Of a DNA stretch of 64,000 nucleotides, positions 40,036 through 52,200 are shown in pieces. Source of the DNA: Candidatus Falkowbacteria bacterium (GTDB lineage Bacteria; Patescibacteriota; Patescibacteriia; UBA11705; JABHMO01). Below the pieces are notes generated by a model that ran no database searches, was not told the DNA's origin, and worked only from the letters and a program-made list of their open reading frames with translations. The DNA lies in contig JABHMO010000043.1 in NCBI GenBank assembly GCA_018693855.1, positions 72,154 through 136,153 on the forward strand, read 5' to 3'. The first letter of the stretch is position 1; each line of letters starts with the position of its first letter. The position numbers and the translations under genes are program-made.

Positions 40036-40044
40036 AGTTGGGAA

Positions 40045-40101
40045 GCGGAGCGAAGTAAATCGAGGTAAATCGAGGTAAATCGGAGTGAATCGCAGTTAAT
40101 C
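40045..40101. repeat. Family C 10-bp array copy 2
   Basis: cgaagtaaat cgaggtaaat cgaggtaaat cggagtgaat cgcagttaat. Confidence 0.8.
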
Positions 40102-40246
40102 ATAATGATTAATCGATAACTAGAAAAACTAACCTCCTATAGCCTTCTTTGCGACTAAAAAAGCACCCGCAATTTTACTCACGAGCACTTTCATATGATT
40201 AAAGTTCGTACTGTTCGTACATTAGTTCGTAGTTCGTAATATTACC

Positions 40247-41521
40247 CTACATCATCTTCCTCCGAATAAACGCCGGAATCTCCAAATCCTCATCATCAGC
40301 ATTCGCTTCTCCGGGCTTTGAAATGACTTCTTCTGGTTTAATTCTATCAACATCTTTTTCTTCAGGATTTAACGTATCTTGCTCTAACTTCTTGGCATCG
40401 TAACTAAAAGGACTCTGTACTGGAGTAGAAGCTGGTGCAACAGGTGTTGAAACTGGAGCTGGTCGTTCTTCTACTTTTTCTTCCCTTCTCGGTTCTTGAG
40501 CAACGAAGTAATGAGGAGTTTTATCAAGCGCATTATTAGACTGACGAATAATATTGCTTTGCCCAGGAATGTCGTCGAAACCAGTTGCGACAACAGTGAT
40601 CTTTAACTGATCCTTTAGATTTTCATCAACAACCGCTCCAAAGATAATCTTAGCATCACCATCAACTGACTCAGTAATTGATTTCGCAGCTTCACTGACT
40701 TCGTACATTGTTAAATCAGGTCCACCTGTAATTGTAAATAGAATACCTTTTGCTCCTTCAATAGACATTTCGAGCAATGGACTTGAGATAGCAGATTTCG
40801 CAGCTTCAATCGCCCTGTTATCACCTGAAGACTCACCCATTCCCATTAACGCAGAACCACTATCTGACATAATTGTCTTAACATCAGCGTAATCAACGTT
40901 AATTAAACCTGGAAGCGTAATTAATTCTGAAATACCTTGAACACCTTGTCTTAACACTTCATCAACAACTCCGAAAGCTTCAAGTAATGGTGTCTTTTTA
41001 TCAATAATCTGCCAAATTCTATCGTTTGGAATAGTAATTAGTGTATCAACTTTATTTTTAAACTCTTTCAGCGCTTCCTCAGCAATCGTTTTTCTTGGAC
41101 CACCTTCAAATGAGAACGGTTTTGTAACAACAGCAATTGTCAAAGCGCCCAACTCTTTTGCGATTTCAGCGATTTTTGGAGCAGCACCTGAACCAGTTCC
41201 ACCACCAAGACCACAGGTTATAAATACTAAATCAGCACCTTTTAACATTTCACGAATCTCATTTTGAGACTCTTCTGCTGATTTACGACCAACAGCCGGG
41301 TTCATACCAGCGCCAAGCCCTTTTGTGGTGCTTTTACCAATATGAATTTTATTAGAAGCTAAATTAGACTGCAACGCTTGTAGATCAGTATTAGCCACTA
41401 AAAATTCAACCCCTTTGATTCGACATTGAATCATACGATTGATTGCGGCTCCTCCTCCCCCTCCAACACCTACAACTTTGATTTTTGCAAATGTTTGAAT
41501 TTCTGGTTTTACTTCTGGCAT
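40247..41521 (-). CDS. ftsZ: Cell division GTPase FtsZ
   Basis: GLGAG, GGGTGSG, INVDYAD, C-terminal [10 protein letters not shown]. Confidence 0.99.
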   Translation of the reverse strand: MPEVKPEIQTFAKIKVVGVGGGGGAAINRMIQCRIKGVEFLVANTDLQALQSNLASNKIHIGKSTTKGLGAGMNPAVGRKSAEESQNEIREMLKGADLVFITCGLGGGTGSGAAPKIAEIAKELGALTIAVVTKPFSFEGGPRKTIAEEALKEFKNKVDTLITIPNDRIWQIIDKKTPLLEAFGVVDEVLRQGVQGISELITLPGLINVDYADVKTIMSDSGSALMGMGESSGDNRAIEAAKSAISSPLLEMSIEGAKGILFTITGGPDLTMYEVSEAAKSITESVDGDAKIIFGAVVDENLKDQLKITVVATGFDDIPGQSNIIRQSNNALDKTPHYFVAQEPRREEKVEERPAPVSTPVAPASTPVQSPFSYDAKKLEQDTLNPEEKDVDRIKPEEVISKPGEANADDEDLEIPAFIRRKMM

Positions 41522-41806
41522 AGATTATAAAGTTTATTAAGTTTAAATAGTTAAAAAAGTTAAAATAGTTTTTAGGTAATTGAGAAAATATAAAAAACAC
41601 AGACAAAAACAAACCATCTTTTGGTTAATCATTTATTTTTGTTATGTGTTTTTGTTTTTACTGACTCTTTATTTTTGTTTTCTAACTTTTTATTTTTTCT
41701 TTTTATTTTTCTAGATATCCCTTTTCAATTATTTAACTTTCATTACCTCAATTTCAACCCAATATCCTCAATTTCAACTTAATCTCCTTTTTTATTTTTG
41801 TTTTAT

Positions 41807-41930
41807 GATTCACAATCTGCTCCGATTTACTGCCGCTTTTATTTTACAGATGTGCTATCGCAGACTAAAGTCGTACGTGAAATTATGGCGTTTACTTCGA
41901 TTTACACCGATTCACTTCGATTTACTTCCC
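41807..41930. repeat. Family C array copy 3 (reverse orientation)
   Basis: tttacttcga tttacaccga ttcacttcga tttacttc plus partial units near 41807-41836. Confidence 0.7.
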
Positions 41931-41932
41931 AT

Positions 41933-43183
41933 CTACGATACCAAATTCTTAAACCAACCCTTAACTTTCCCCGCAGCATCCTTTACTGACTGTAAATTAT
42001 TCAATGTAAACTTTGACCCACCTGCTCCACCTCCTTGATTAAATCCCCAAAGTACAAGACCAAGTGCTGTGCAGTATGTTGGCTCATTCACCTTATCAAC
42101 CGCTGTATTGAATTTCTTATTTATTCCAAGTGAAACAGGTAACATTGTTTTTCGTTTTGAAACAGGTACAATGCCTGCTAATTTCGAACCTCCACCGATT
42201 AACACGAGTCCTGCTGGTAACAATCCACTTCTGTTTATCTTCTGTAACTCTAAGTCTACTTTTTCAAAGATTTCTTCTGTTCTAGCTTCAATTATTTCAG
42301 CAATATATTTTTTAGAGAAAGCTTGATCATCTCCACCAAAGTCACGTAAGTTGATCTCGTCAGTTTTTTCAAAGCTACTTGGTGAAGCACTTCCAATATC
42401 AAGTTTTATTCGTTCAGAAACATCAAGTGATGTTTGCAATCCAATCGCTAAATCAGCTGTAATATGATCAGATCCTACTGGTAAAACAGAAATATGGATT
42501 AGATCACCCTCTTCATACACTGCCAACTTAGTTGTCGCAGCTCCGATATCAACCAAACAAACTCCTAACTCTTTTTGTCTTACACTTAGAACTGATTCAC
42601 TAGCTGCTAGAGTTCCAAAAACTAAATCATTTATATCAATACCTGCTCGATAAACACATTTCGTAACATTACTAATCTGAGAACTAAGTCCTCGTACAAC
42701 TTGAGTTGTTACTTCCAGCCGAATACCACTCATGCCAACTGGATCCTTCACACCTGTTTGATTATCTATTGAAAATGTTTTTGGAATGACATGCAGTACT
42801 TCATAATTAACAGGAGCTGCCACACTTCGAGCTGCTTCAATAACTCTTTCTACATCAGTCTCTTGAATCTCGCCACTAGTTTTTGTAATAGCAATTACAC
42901 CATTGCTTTCTTGTGATCGGATATGAGATCCACCAACTCCAACGTAAACATTTTCAATTGGCAACCCAATCATTCGTTCAGCTTTTTCTAGGGCAGCAGA
43001 AATACTACTGACAGAATCTTCAATACTAACAATTGAGCCTTTATTAAGACCTTGAGCAGGAACGTCAATAACTCCAATGATGTTAAGTTGTTCACTTTCA
43101 TTGGTTTTGACAATTTGTCCTACAACAATCCTAATATTAGATGACCCAATATCAAGCCCAGCAATGATATGTTCGTTTGCCAT
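41933..43183 (-). CDS. ftsA: Cell division protein FtsA
   Basis: GLDIGSS, DPVGMSGIRLE, VDIGAATT, IIEARTEEI, GGGS. Confidence 0.96.
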   Translation of the reverse strand: MANEHIIAGLDIGSSNIRIVVGQIVKTNESEQLNIIGVIDVPAQGLNKGSIVSIEDSVSSISAALEKAERMIGLPIENVYVGVGGSHIRSQESNGVIAITKTSGEIQETDVERVIEAARSVAAPVNYEVLHVIPKTFSIDNQTGVKDPVGMSGIRLEVTTQVVRGLSSQISNVTKCVYRAGIDINDLVFGTLAASESVLSVRQKELGVCLVDIGAATTKLAVYEEGDLIHISVLPVGSDHITADLAIGLQTSLDVSERIKLDIGSASPSSFEKTDEINLRDFGGDDQAFSKKYIAEIIEARTEEIFEKVDLELQKINRSGLLPAGLVLIGGGSKLAGIVPVSKRKTMLPVSLGINKKFNTAVDKVNEPTYCTALGLVLWGFNQGGGAGGSKFTLNNLQSVKDAAGKVKGWFKNLVS

Positions 43184-43337
43184 AATAATAATTTTCTATA
43201 TCTTAAATTATAGTATATTTTTTTGATTCTGCCAAACAAAAACTGTGAACATCAAAAAAGACCTAAAATAGCCTTGAATCAAATTGTTTTGCACACTAAA
43301 TTAGTTCAGGCAAAACAATGTCTTAAATAAAAACTTG

Positions 43338-43700
43338 TTACATTGCAAGAAAATAAGGTAAAAATATGATCAATCCTATAATAACACTAGTTATTGCTGC
43401 GATGAAAACGATTGAGCTCATCACATCCTTTATTTCTTTGACGTAAAGATGAACACGAGGTTTCAACATATCAACAAACCGTTCAAATACAGTGTTGAGC
43501 ATCTCCAAAATAAGAACCATTGCGATCATTAAAATAACTAATGCCCATTCCCAAACTTTTATTTGAAAATAAAAACTTAAAAATAAGACAAAAATACCAG
43601 CAATCAGATGTATCCGAAAATTTTGTTCTCGTTTAATTAACGAACCTAATCCTGAAAAAGAGTACTTAAAACTTTTCAAAAGTCGCTTAAATCTGATCAT
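43338..43700 (-). CDS. dgkA: Diacylglycerol/undecaprenol kinase family
   Basis: SFKYSFSG, EQNFRIH, EMLNTVFE..VD, IKDV. Confidence 0.85.
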   Translation of the reverse strand: MIRFKRLLKSFKYSFSGLGSLIKREQNFRIHLIAGIFVLFLSFYFQIKVWEWALVILMIAMVLILEMLNTVFERFVDMLKPRVHLYVKEIKDVMSSIVFIAAITSVIIGLIIFLPYFLAM

Positions 43701-44118
43701 ATTTATTCAAAATTTTTGTTTCTAAACTTTCCATTTTCTCAGCCTCCTTCTCTTTCATGTGATCATACCCAATAAGATGCAAAAATCCATGTAAAACCAG
43801 GCGGTTCATCTCTTTTTTCAAACTATGCTTCATCTGTTTAGCCTGTTTCTTTGCGACTGATAAACAGACAAGGATTTCACCCAGCGGCTCTTCCCTGCTC
43901 AATCGGTCATCATTCTCAAATGACAAAACATCAGTCACCTGATTTTTCTTTCGGTAAATACTATTAAACTGTTTTATCTTTGTTTCACCAACAATCCCCA
44001 AAGAAACCGTTTCTTCACTACTTTTCTTCGCCTGCTTCTGAGCCAGATTCAACAGTCTTTCCAAACTCCTCCGACAAACATGCGTCTTCGTTGTATTATT
44101 CATCTCTAAATTTATCAT
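43687..44118 (-). CDS. ybeY: rRNA maturation endoribonuclease YbeY
   Basis: TDVLSF, LGEI, HGFLHLIGYDH. Confidence 0.95.
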   Translation of the reverse strand: MINLEMNNTTKTHVCRRSLERLLNLAQKQAKKSSEETVSLGIVGETKIKQFNSIYRKKNQVTDVLSFENDDRLSREEPLGEILVCLSVAKKQAKQMKHSLKKEMNRLVLHGFLHLIGYDHMKEKEAEKMESLETKILNKYDQI

Positions 44119-44238
44119 ATTGCGGATGTGCGGATCATTTGCAGATTATGCAGATTAATATTTTGATAAAGTAAAATAATGTCTATTACAATTAGATATG
44201 ACTTTAAGAATGGGATTCCAATCCGCAATATCTGCAAC
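44119..44238. repeat. Intercistronic inverted repeat of TGC(G/A)GAT units
   Basis: ttgcggatgtgcggatcatttgcagattatgcagatt ... atccgcaatatctgcaa. Confidence 0.6.
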
Positions 44239-45435
44239 CTAAGGGCACGCCGCAAACTCACAATCCGGCCCAGTCCTCCCAACAGAACTACCATCCGGAC
44301 AGATCTTAGCTTCCTCGGTACAAGCAATTACATTATCAATCGGTTCATCTGGCGCAACAGGTGCTTCAGCAAAGTCCCCTTCAATAAAGTTAAAACTATC
44401 AACCATCATCTTAAACATTGCAGGATAAAAAGCCTCTACTTTCTGACCAATTCCATAGTTGATAACGTAGACCATGTCTTGCTTTGCAATGAAAACAGTA
44501 AATCCATCCGGTGATTCAATAACTGGGATATCGTAATGATTGTTGTAAAATTTCAACTGAGTTCTAGTTGCTCGTGGATTCAACCGTAGATACCAATCAA
44601 CAATAGATTCTTCAGAATTCTTGTTCGCAATGAATACATTAACAAACTCATTATTACTTGAAGTAAACAGTACATCTTCAGTATCAAGAGGATCAAGTGA
44701 ATCAGCTAACCAACTTTTTGGATATAGAAGTTTATAACTGTACATTGTATTCTCATACTCTGCAACAAAATCACCTTCTTCTAACTTTACCATACTTTGA
44801 GTTGGACTGTAAAAATTCATTAACTCAGAACCATCAGCATAACCATCACCATCTGAATCAGCAATTGTTGCGTTTGTGTTAATTAAAAGTTCTTCCTGAT
44901 CAGTCAGACCATCATTATCACTATCAACTGATGCCATAACATTTACATTGAATCGATTTGCATAACTATAATCAAACTCTTTCGCAGGTACTAAATTATC
45001 AGGTAAAACATCATCAACTGGATCATCCGCTGGCTCCTCTGTATCTAATTCATCAGGTTGTGGTTCATCAGCATCATCTTGATCAACGACTGGATCAACT
45101 GTCTGAGGTTCGAAAACAACTTGATTTTGATTATCTTCACTAGAAGGTAAATATGTATAGACAAGTAATCCAATTGAAGCTAAAACTAAAATTGCTAGAA
45201 TTACCATGATAAGAATAACACCCAGTTTACTCTTCTTATGTTTAGGTGCGCCGTTAGAAGGTTTAGAAGCAGTTGCAGTCCCCTTTGATCCTTTTGTCGC
45301 AGAAACTGTTTTGTCCCCTAAATAATACTCCATGGGCATAGTATGAACTTGCTCATCTTGTGGAGATTTTTCTTGTTCTTCTTTAAGCGGTTTATTTACT
45401 TTATTGTCTAATTTTGGTTGTTCATCGTCAAACAT
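44239..45435 (-). CDS. Single-TM protein with DxDxDG repeats, PsbP-like domain and C-terminal CTEEAKICPDG Cys motif (start moved to MFDDEQ)
   Basis: DSDNDGLTDQEE, DSDGDGYADG, Y.LLYPKSW, ACTEEAKICPDGSSVGRTGPDCEFAACP. Confidence 0.8.
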   Translation of the reverse strand: MFDDEQPKLDNKVNKPLKEEQEKSPQDEQVHTMPMEYYLGDKTVSATKGSKGTATASKPSNGAPKHKKSKLGVILIMVILAILVLASIGLLVYTYLPSSEDNQNQVVFEPQTVDPVVDQDDADEPQPDELDTEEPADDPVDDVLPDNLVPAKEFDYSYANRFNVNVMASVDSDNDGLTDQEELLINTNATIADSDGDGYADGSELMNFYSPTQSMVKLEEGDFVAEYENTMYSYKLLYPKSWLADSLDPLDTEDVLFTSSNNEFVNVFIANKNSEESIVDWYLRLNPRATRTQLKFYNNHYDIPVIESPDGFTVFIAKQDMVYVINYGIGQKVEAFYPAMFKMMVDSFNFIEGDFAEAPVAPDEPIDNVIACTEEAKICPDGSSVGRTGPDCEFAACP

Positions 45436-45442
45436 AGGAAAA

Positions 45443-45516
45443 GGGGCCAGCCCGCAATGTCTACGCATAGCGTTGCTGGCGGGGCTAAACGAGGCTATAC
45501 GAGGCTATAAAAGGCT
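45443..45516. repeat. Family D palindrome within a family E array (copy 2)
   Basis: ggggccagcccgcaatgtctacgcatagcgttgctggcggg identical to 33141-33181, followed by gaggctatac-type units. Confidence 0.85.
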
Positions 45517-45534
45517 TTCGGATAGTCCTTGTAA

Positions 45535-46119
45535 TTAATTTATATTCAAATTGTCTTTAGCTTCTTGAAAATTCAATAACTTACCTGCCCCGTTGGGGTT
45601 GTATCCGGATTGAACCTCTTGTCCGTCAAGATAACCATCATTGTCACTATCTGTATCATTTGGATCTGTTTTATAAAACATAATCTCATCTCGATCAAAA
45701 AGTCCATCATTATCACTGTCAGCCTTGCGAGGATTTGTTTTATACTGTTTTTCTTCCTCGTTAGTTAATCCATCAAAATCAAAATCATCACCACTTGCTT
45801 CTTCAATCTGTTTTTTGACTTCATCAACATCTTCATTCATTCCTAAACCTTCAGTTTGATCAACCTGCGCTTCTTCATAGTCTTCTGGGACTGGAATATA
45901 CGTCTGATGATAAACTTTATTTCGATAATAAGCCAAAGCTCCTCCAGCAATTACAACTACTACTACAATAACAATAACAATCTTCCATGGAAACTTTTTC
46001 TTTTCTAAAACAGGTTCTGGACTAACATCCGAACTTTCAACTTGAGATTGTACTGGCGCTTCTTTCGGCCCAGCATCAACCTCATCAAAAATATCCTCAA
46101 CTTGTTTATCTTCATCCAT
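45535..46119 (-). CDS. Single-TM protein with DxDxDG Ca-binding repeats
   Basis: DFDFDGLTNEEE, DSDNDGLFD, DSDNDGYLDGQEV..GYNPNG. Confidence 0.82.
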   Translation of the reverse strand: MDEDKQVEDIFDEVDAGPKEAPVQSQVESSDVSPEPVLEKKKFPWKIVIVIVVVVVIAGGALAYYRNKVYHQTYIPVPEDYEEAQVDQTEGLGMNEDVDEVKKQIEEASGDDFDFDGLTNEEEKQYKTNPRKADSDNDGLFDRDEIMFYKTDPNDTDSDNDGYLDGQEVQSGYNPNGAGKLLNFQEAKDNLNIN

Positions 46120-46126
46120 ATATATT

Positions 46127-46287
46127 GATGCTAATCTGCTAATGATATGCGAATGCCGCGAACGCTTCGCTATGCTAATTTACGAATTACACAAATAGTT
46201 AACTATTCGTAGTATTCGTGTAATTCGCAAATTAGCATCTCAGCAATTTTCGTATCATTCGCATGCTTTTCGTGGATTAGCATCGGT
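46127..46287. repeat. Family B element copy 4
   Basis: gatgctaatc ... gattagcatcggt; ends in the same gcatcggttta context as copy 1. Confidence 0.85.
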
Positions 46288-49200
46288 TTACTTATAAATA
46301 TAATCACAATCCCCACCACTAATACAAATATCACCAGTAGCTGTTTTTCTCTTTGGTAATACTCTGAATTCATTATAGAAACGGAACCCTTGCTTTTCAG
46401 TGTTGTAGCCAGCTGCATAACCATCTAAAGTGAAATCTATATTGTAAGCATTTGGTCCTAAAGCTTGATAATGATAAACAGGGTTATCTGAAATTATACT
46501 ATAAACAGTTGAATAGAACTCTGGTAAGTTTGCTCCAGTAACATCACTACTGTAACAAGTATACTTATCGTAATCATGATCACCGTCAGACGCGGCACTT
46601 GGACAGATTGAACACCACTGACCAGGTACAACACACTGTTTCTGACCTTGGCAATAAAGTTCAACTGAACCAGCACTTAAATCCTGACAGATCTCACCCT
46701 GCGGTGTTGGATTTGTTGTTGCTTGTTCCCAAACAAAATGATTATCAGGATCAACAGGCAACGCACCACCAAGCATACTACCAAAAACCCTTTGCCAACT
46801 TGGCCAAACACTAAACGTCTCCCCTCTTACATATGTACCACTTTCTAACTGAGGAACCTTATTACTATTTTGAGAACGATAACCATCAAGTAATAAATGA
46901 ACTAAATTAATATCTTGAACTCGTCGAATATCTTTCATGACTGACTGTTTCGCTGTTGTTCCAGTTGTACCTTCTGACAAGTTGTTAATATTAAACTTAA
47001 TCGTCTCAATCATTTGAGAGAAAATATTTTGCGTATTTGAATTTGCACCTGAATTATATCCGAGTAAGTAGATATTATTATAAAGAGTTCCTGTTGTTGA
47101 AATATTACCAGCTGCAATATAGACTGAGTTATCTTCTTTTCCACCTTGATAACAAAACTTGCCAGTTGAACTTTCTAAACAATCAATATCTAAAGATGAA
47201 ATATTACCAGCATTTGGTGCATATTTCATATACCATAACTCTGGAGCCAGTGCTTCAGGGTTTTCATATATTCGAAGAGAGATAACATCCTCTGATTCGT
47301 CAAAATTATCATCTAACGCAACGTCAGTTCGACTTAAGAAATACTGTGCAAGTAAAGCTGGCTCTTCCCAATTATCATTAGCGTCATTACACTTCGGATC
47401 TTCCAGATCACTTAATCCATTCAAATCATTATCAATACCATCTTGGCACTGTTTAATAACTTGATCAGGATTTGCAGGGGTTTTTTGTCCTGCTTCAACA
47501 AAATCACTAAATATATCAGTTGATAGTACTTTTAATTTAGGTAAATCATCATGTTCTCCAGCCATTAAACATTTTCCATTACCAATCTCCGAACAGTCAG
47601 TATCAGAACTACAAGATGTAACTCCATCAGAACAAACAAGTGGAGCTCGACATAGCTGATCACCAATACCAGCACAGTCAGCATCATCGTAACAAGCTTG
47701 ACCATTGTAACAACTTTTCACAAGTGGCTGACCTAAATCACGACAGTAGAAAAGACCAACATTATAAATTTTGTGATATAGATGAGTTAAGTATCCTGAA
47801 TCAGTACCATACATACTAAAATCACCACTGTAATCAGTTGGAGCCCAAAGTTTGCTGCAGATAAACACTTCTAGATTTGAGTAACCAGAAACTGATGCGC
47901 CGCCAGTACTACTATCACTAACAGTATCATCTGTTATAATAGTTTTTGCCTCAATCGCTGTTTGTCCATTTTTATTGAAACTAGCAACATTAACTTTACT
48001 TGGATCTTCTGTGTCCACATAAGAACCAACATTTGCGATTGAAGTATCTAAACTGTTCCATGCCCATTTCCAACTATAAACATTAGGAATGCTTTGAATT
48101 GGCTGATCATAGTTTTGAGCAATTGCTTGATACTCTGCATTCACATTAGGTTTTGTTACAAATCGATCAGCTGGATTGATATAAACATTGTTCACTCGGC
48201 AAATCTCATCACCAGTTGTAAAACTAGTTCCAATACTACTTGCTTTACCGCAAACATTTTCAATACTATTAAACTCTAAATTATATTTTGTATTTTCACC
48301 TAATAAATAATGAGGAACAACTAAAACCTCTGTATTTCCAAAAGAATTTTCCGTTACTGAGAAATTAAATCCAACATCACAACGTTTCGGAGCAGCTGCC
48401 CAACCACTTTTTACTAATAAATCACGAACAGTTAACTTGACTTTTTGGTATCCATTATAGATAGACTGTTTAACGGCTTTGACTGGATTTTTAGTAAACT
48501 TATAGTTTAAACTATTAACAGCCACACCATCGCCAGTTATTGATTGATAGTACTGTGTCATTTCGTCCTTTAATAAGAGCTGTTCAAAAACAGTAAACTC
48601 ATCAATTGCTCCATCAAACCCAGCCCAGTCAAGCTGAGGATTTTCCATTCTATTACCAATTGATAAATCATCTAAAGCAACTTTCGTAACTAATGAGAAA
48701 GTGCTTTTACTTTTTCCTTGTCCATCAATATTAACAAAAATATTACCTAGACCATCATAACTAATCATGATATGAGACCACACGTTTTCAGGAATTCTCA
48801 TACCTGAAAAATTATTTATTCGAGGATCACCTTTCTCGCCAGTTTTCAATAACAGTATGTTCCCCTTAAAGACAGCTAAACCAATTGATTCATTTGAGCC
48901 ATCAGCGGAAGCAGTGAATATAGTCTTTGGCTCAGCGGCAAGACTAGCAGGGTTTATCCAAGCACTAACTGTCCAAGGTTTAGCCTGACCAAATGAAGAA
49001 GTTGATGTTTTGACAACAGAATCTTGGCCATCGAATTCAAGAGCTTGTCCGACCTGTCCGTCAACAAACACTCCAGCTACGACTTCTGCTTGATTATTTA
49101 GAATTGAATCATAAGTAGACTGACCAGAGCCTTCATCAAAACCATAATGAGAGATCACAACAGGTAGATCAACCGGACAAGTTTCATTAGCTGGAATTTC

Positions 49201-52200
49201 TTTGGTTAATTTAAGACTATCTCTATTTAGACTAATAGGATTTATCTTGCCATCAAACGTAGCGTAAATTAGAGAGTTAGTACAAACATCTGTATCATTA
49301 TCAGTTGGTTTTATATCAGTTAATGTAACCTGAGGTAATAAACACTGTTGAGTTACATAACTTAACTCTGACGAACCAGTCACTTCGACAGCTTCTTCTA
49401 CTGCTTTTGCTTCGATATCAGTGTCTCCCTCGGTAAATAAAGATAAGTAGTTAAAATTGAACAAACAAGAACCACCACTAGTGAAACAAACATTTGCAGG
49501 ATCGGCAAGTAAAGTATTAATAGCAGGATTAACAGTTGCTGTTTGATACGGTCCAACATTAGTACCAGCCGCAGTATCACATTCAGGATCTTCACTGTTT
49601 TCAATCACGCCATTTCCACAAAGTTCTTGATTAGAACCAGTTTTTAGACATTTATTATTACAACCTTCAGGCATTGTACAAACACATCCATCATCTCCAT
49701 AAGAACAAGATTGACCATCCTTCACGCAGATTGCTTCACACTCTTCATCAATTCCAGCAACACCATCTAGATCTTGCAGAATACCATTACCACAACAAGG
49801 TGTTAAAGAATATCCAGGAACAGTACAGGTACAGTTTATTGGTACTTTTTCACTACATTCTATTGAAGTGTCTTCTTGACAGTATAGTTTATTTAATGAA
49901 CCACAAGTAGGGAACCCTTGCCAGACACAAGAAGCTGTACAGTATGGGTTTAAATCTTCACCAATTTTCGTATCACACTCTTCTCCTTCGTCAACCAGAC
50001 CATTACCACAAAGTTTGTCTGCATCTTCAAGATCAGCTTCATTATTACCAACAACTAAACAACTATTACTACAAAAATCCGGTTTAGCTGCGTTATATGT
50101 ACCCGCGGTTACAGTTGCGATTCTATCCTCTACACTACTCCAGTCCCAATCATACTGATACGCATTCAGAGGCTGACCTGTTGCACTACAGCTATCAGGA
50201 ACACTAAATGGAGTTGATACATAATCAACTGTTTGACCAGCTGTCTGAGAAACAAAATCAGATGGAGCAACTTCAACTCTATCAATTAGACATTTACCGT
50301 CCCCTTCCTTTGTTCTAAATGTCCAACTAAATGAATCTAATAACACCGTTTCACCACCTTCATAATCACCAGCCAATTCACAAGATTTATCTGGACTATA
50401 ATATGTATAATTTGTTCCTCTTAATAACGCAGCAAAATCATCTGTAAGTTCTAACAGTTCATCAGTTACTAAATTTTGACATTTGAAATCAATCGCTATC
50501 AACTCTTTACATTTTGCAGCTGCAGGATCTTTTGCGTAAGATTTGAATGAGTTACTATCAGAATCAAAACAACCACAAGCAAAATCAACTTTTTCATCAC
50601 CGTCAGCATCATAACCGCCTGTTTTATCAATCTTACCATTTTCATTATCATCTTCTCTGTTAGCACAGTCACCTGAACCACTTTGAGTACTGTAATTTAG
50701 CCCTGCTAGATTCTCACCACTCACACTTGTTACGTCGTCCATAACAATTGCTCGATAACTTGTATCTGGTGATAGATCTTGAGCTAAATTAATGTCTAAT
50801 CTATTTACATAATGGCCACTACCATCATTACTATATGTATAGTTAATATTTGCAGAATTTAAATTAACAGCTGTACCATAGGTCACACACTCTGAAGTTA
50901 CACATGGATACAGTTTTAGATTTGCAGGAGCCTCAACAGAGGTCGCATTCATCTTAGTATTGAAATGTGCTTGAATTTGAGTATTAATACATGCTGAATC
51001 ACATCGCGGAAAATAATTAACTACTTTCGGATCGATAAAATCGATCAATAAACCAGCATCTTTTGTTAAATTCTTAACAACAGTTCCAGTCGTTGTTTCA
51101 ACATTAACTGCAGCTGAGGTTCTAACTGTAATTGGATTAGATTTATCAGTTTGAATATCTGCTGATACTAGTCCATTCTGAATTAAATCTGATTTTATTT
51201 GATAGATACCAAAATCTTTACGAACAGTAACATACTCGCTCGCACTAATATATTTATCTACATCAAACGTACCAACAACTGGACAGATCTCATATTGATC
51301 TCCGTAAACTCGGCATAGATGTCCAAATAACTCTACCTTTGCTCGATCACTTTCAAAAGGCAACTGCCAATTCCAATCTTCATCACCTAAATTTAATATT
51401 TCACATTGATTTAATCCGCTAACTTTATAAATTTCTTGTTCATCAACTGTTTCGATCAAACCTTGAGCAGGAGTTATAGCAATGTCTGTTGGTAAACAGT
51501 CATCTGCTTTTGTTTTAAATTTCCAACGATAGCTGTTTGGCATTGTATAAACAGGATCTGTTCCACTCGCCGTAGCACCAGCCACACCAAACTCACCACC
51601 AAGGATCTCTACTTGATACCAAGTATTTCCAACTAAAGGAGTATCTATTTCTAATCGAGAAACAGTTTCACAAGTAGTGACATCATCAACATCAGTAGTA
51701 CAGATATTATCAGACAACTTATTTGCCGCTGTTAAAGTTGCATATTCGGTCGTAATACAGTCACCATCAGAACAGCTATCTAAATCACAGTTTGGAATAG
51801 ACTCCCCCGTTGTATCAGGAGTACTACACTGTTTTGTTTTTACTTTTACAACTTGACCAGTTTCTGTTGCCTGCGCTTCAAAACTTGGCCAAGACATTAC
51901 AGTATTAAAGGTCGCTGAAATTACTGAATTTTTACAAACAGTTCTTTTATTTTTCATCGGAGCTGGTGAAGCCATTAAATTATTTTCCGCGTCACAACTT
52001 CGTTCTATCACTTTTGGATATTTTGGTAATGCACCTGTACTCACCATCCAAGAAAACTCTGTTTCGCCAAAATCAGCGTCTTCACTACAACCTTCCACTA
52101 TATCTTTACAAATACCACTTGAACAACAGGTCTCACCTGTTAAACAACTGTTATTTGTACAGCTGCCAACTCGAAATCCTACCTGATTACTTACTGCATC

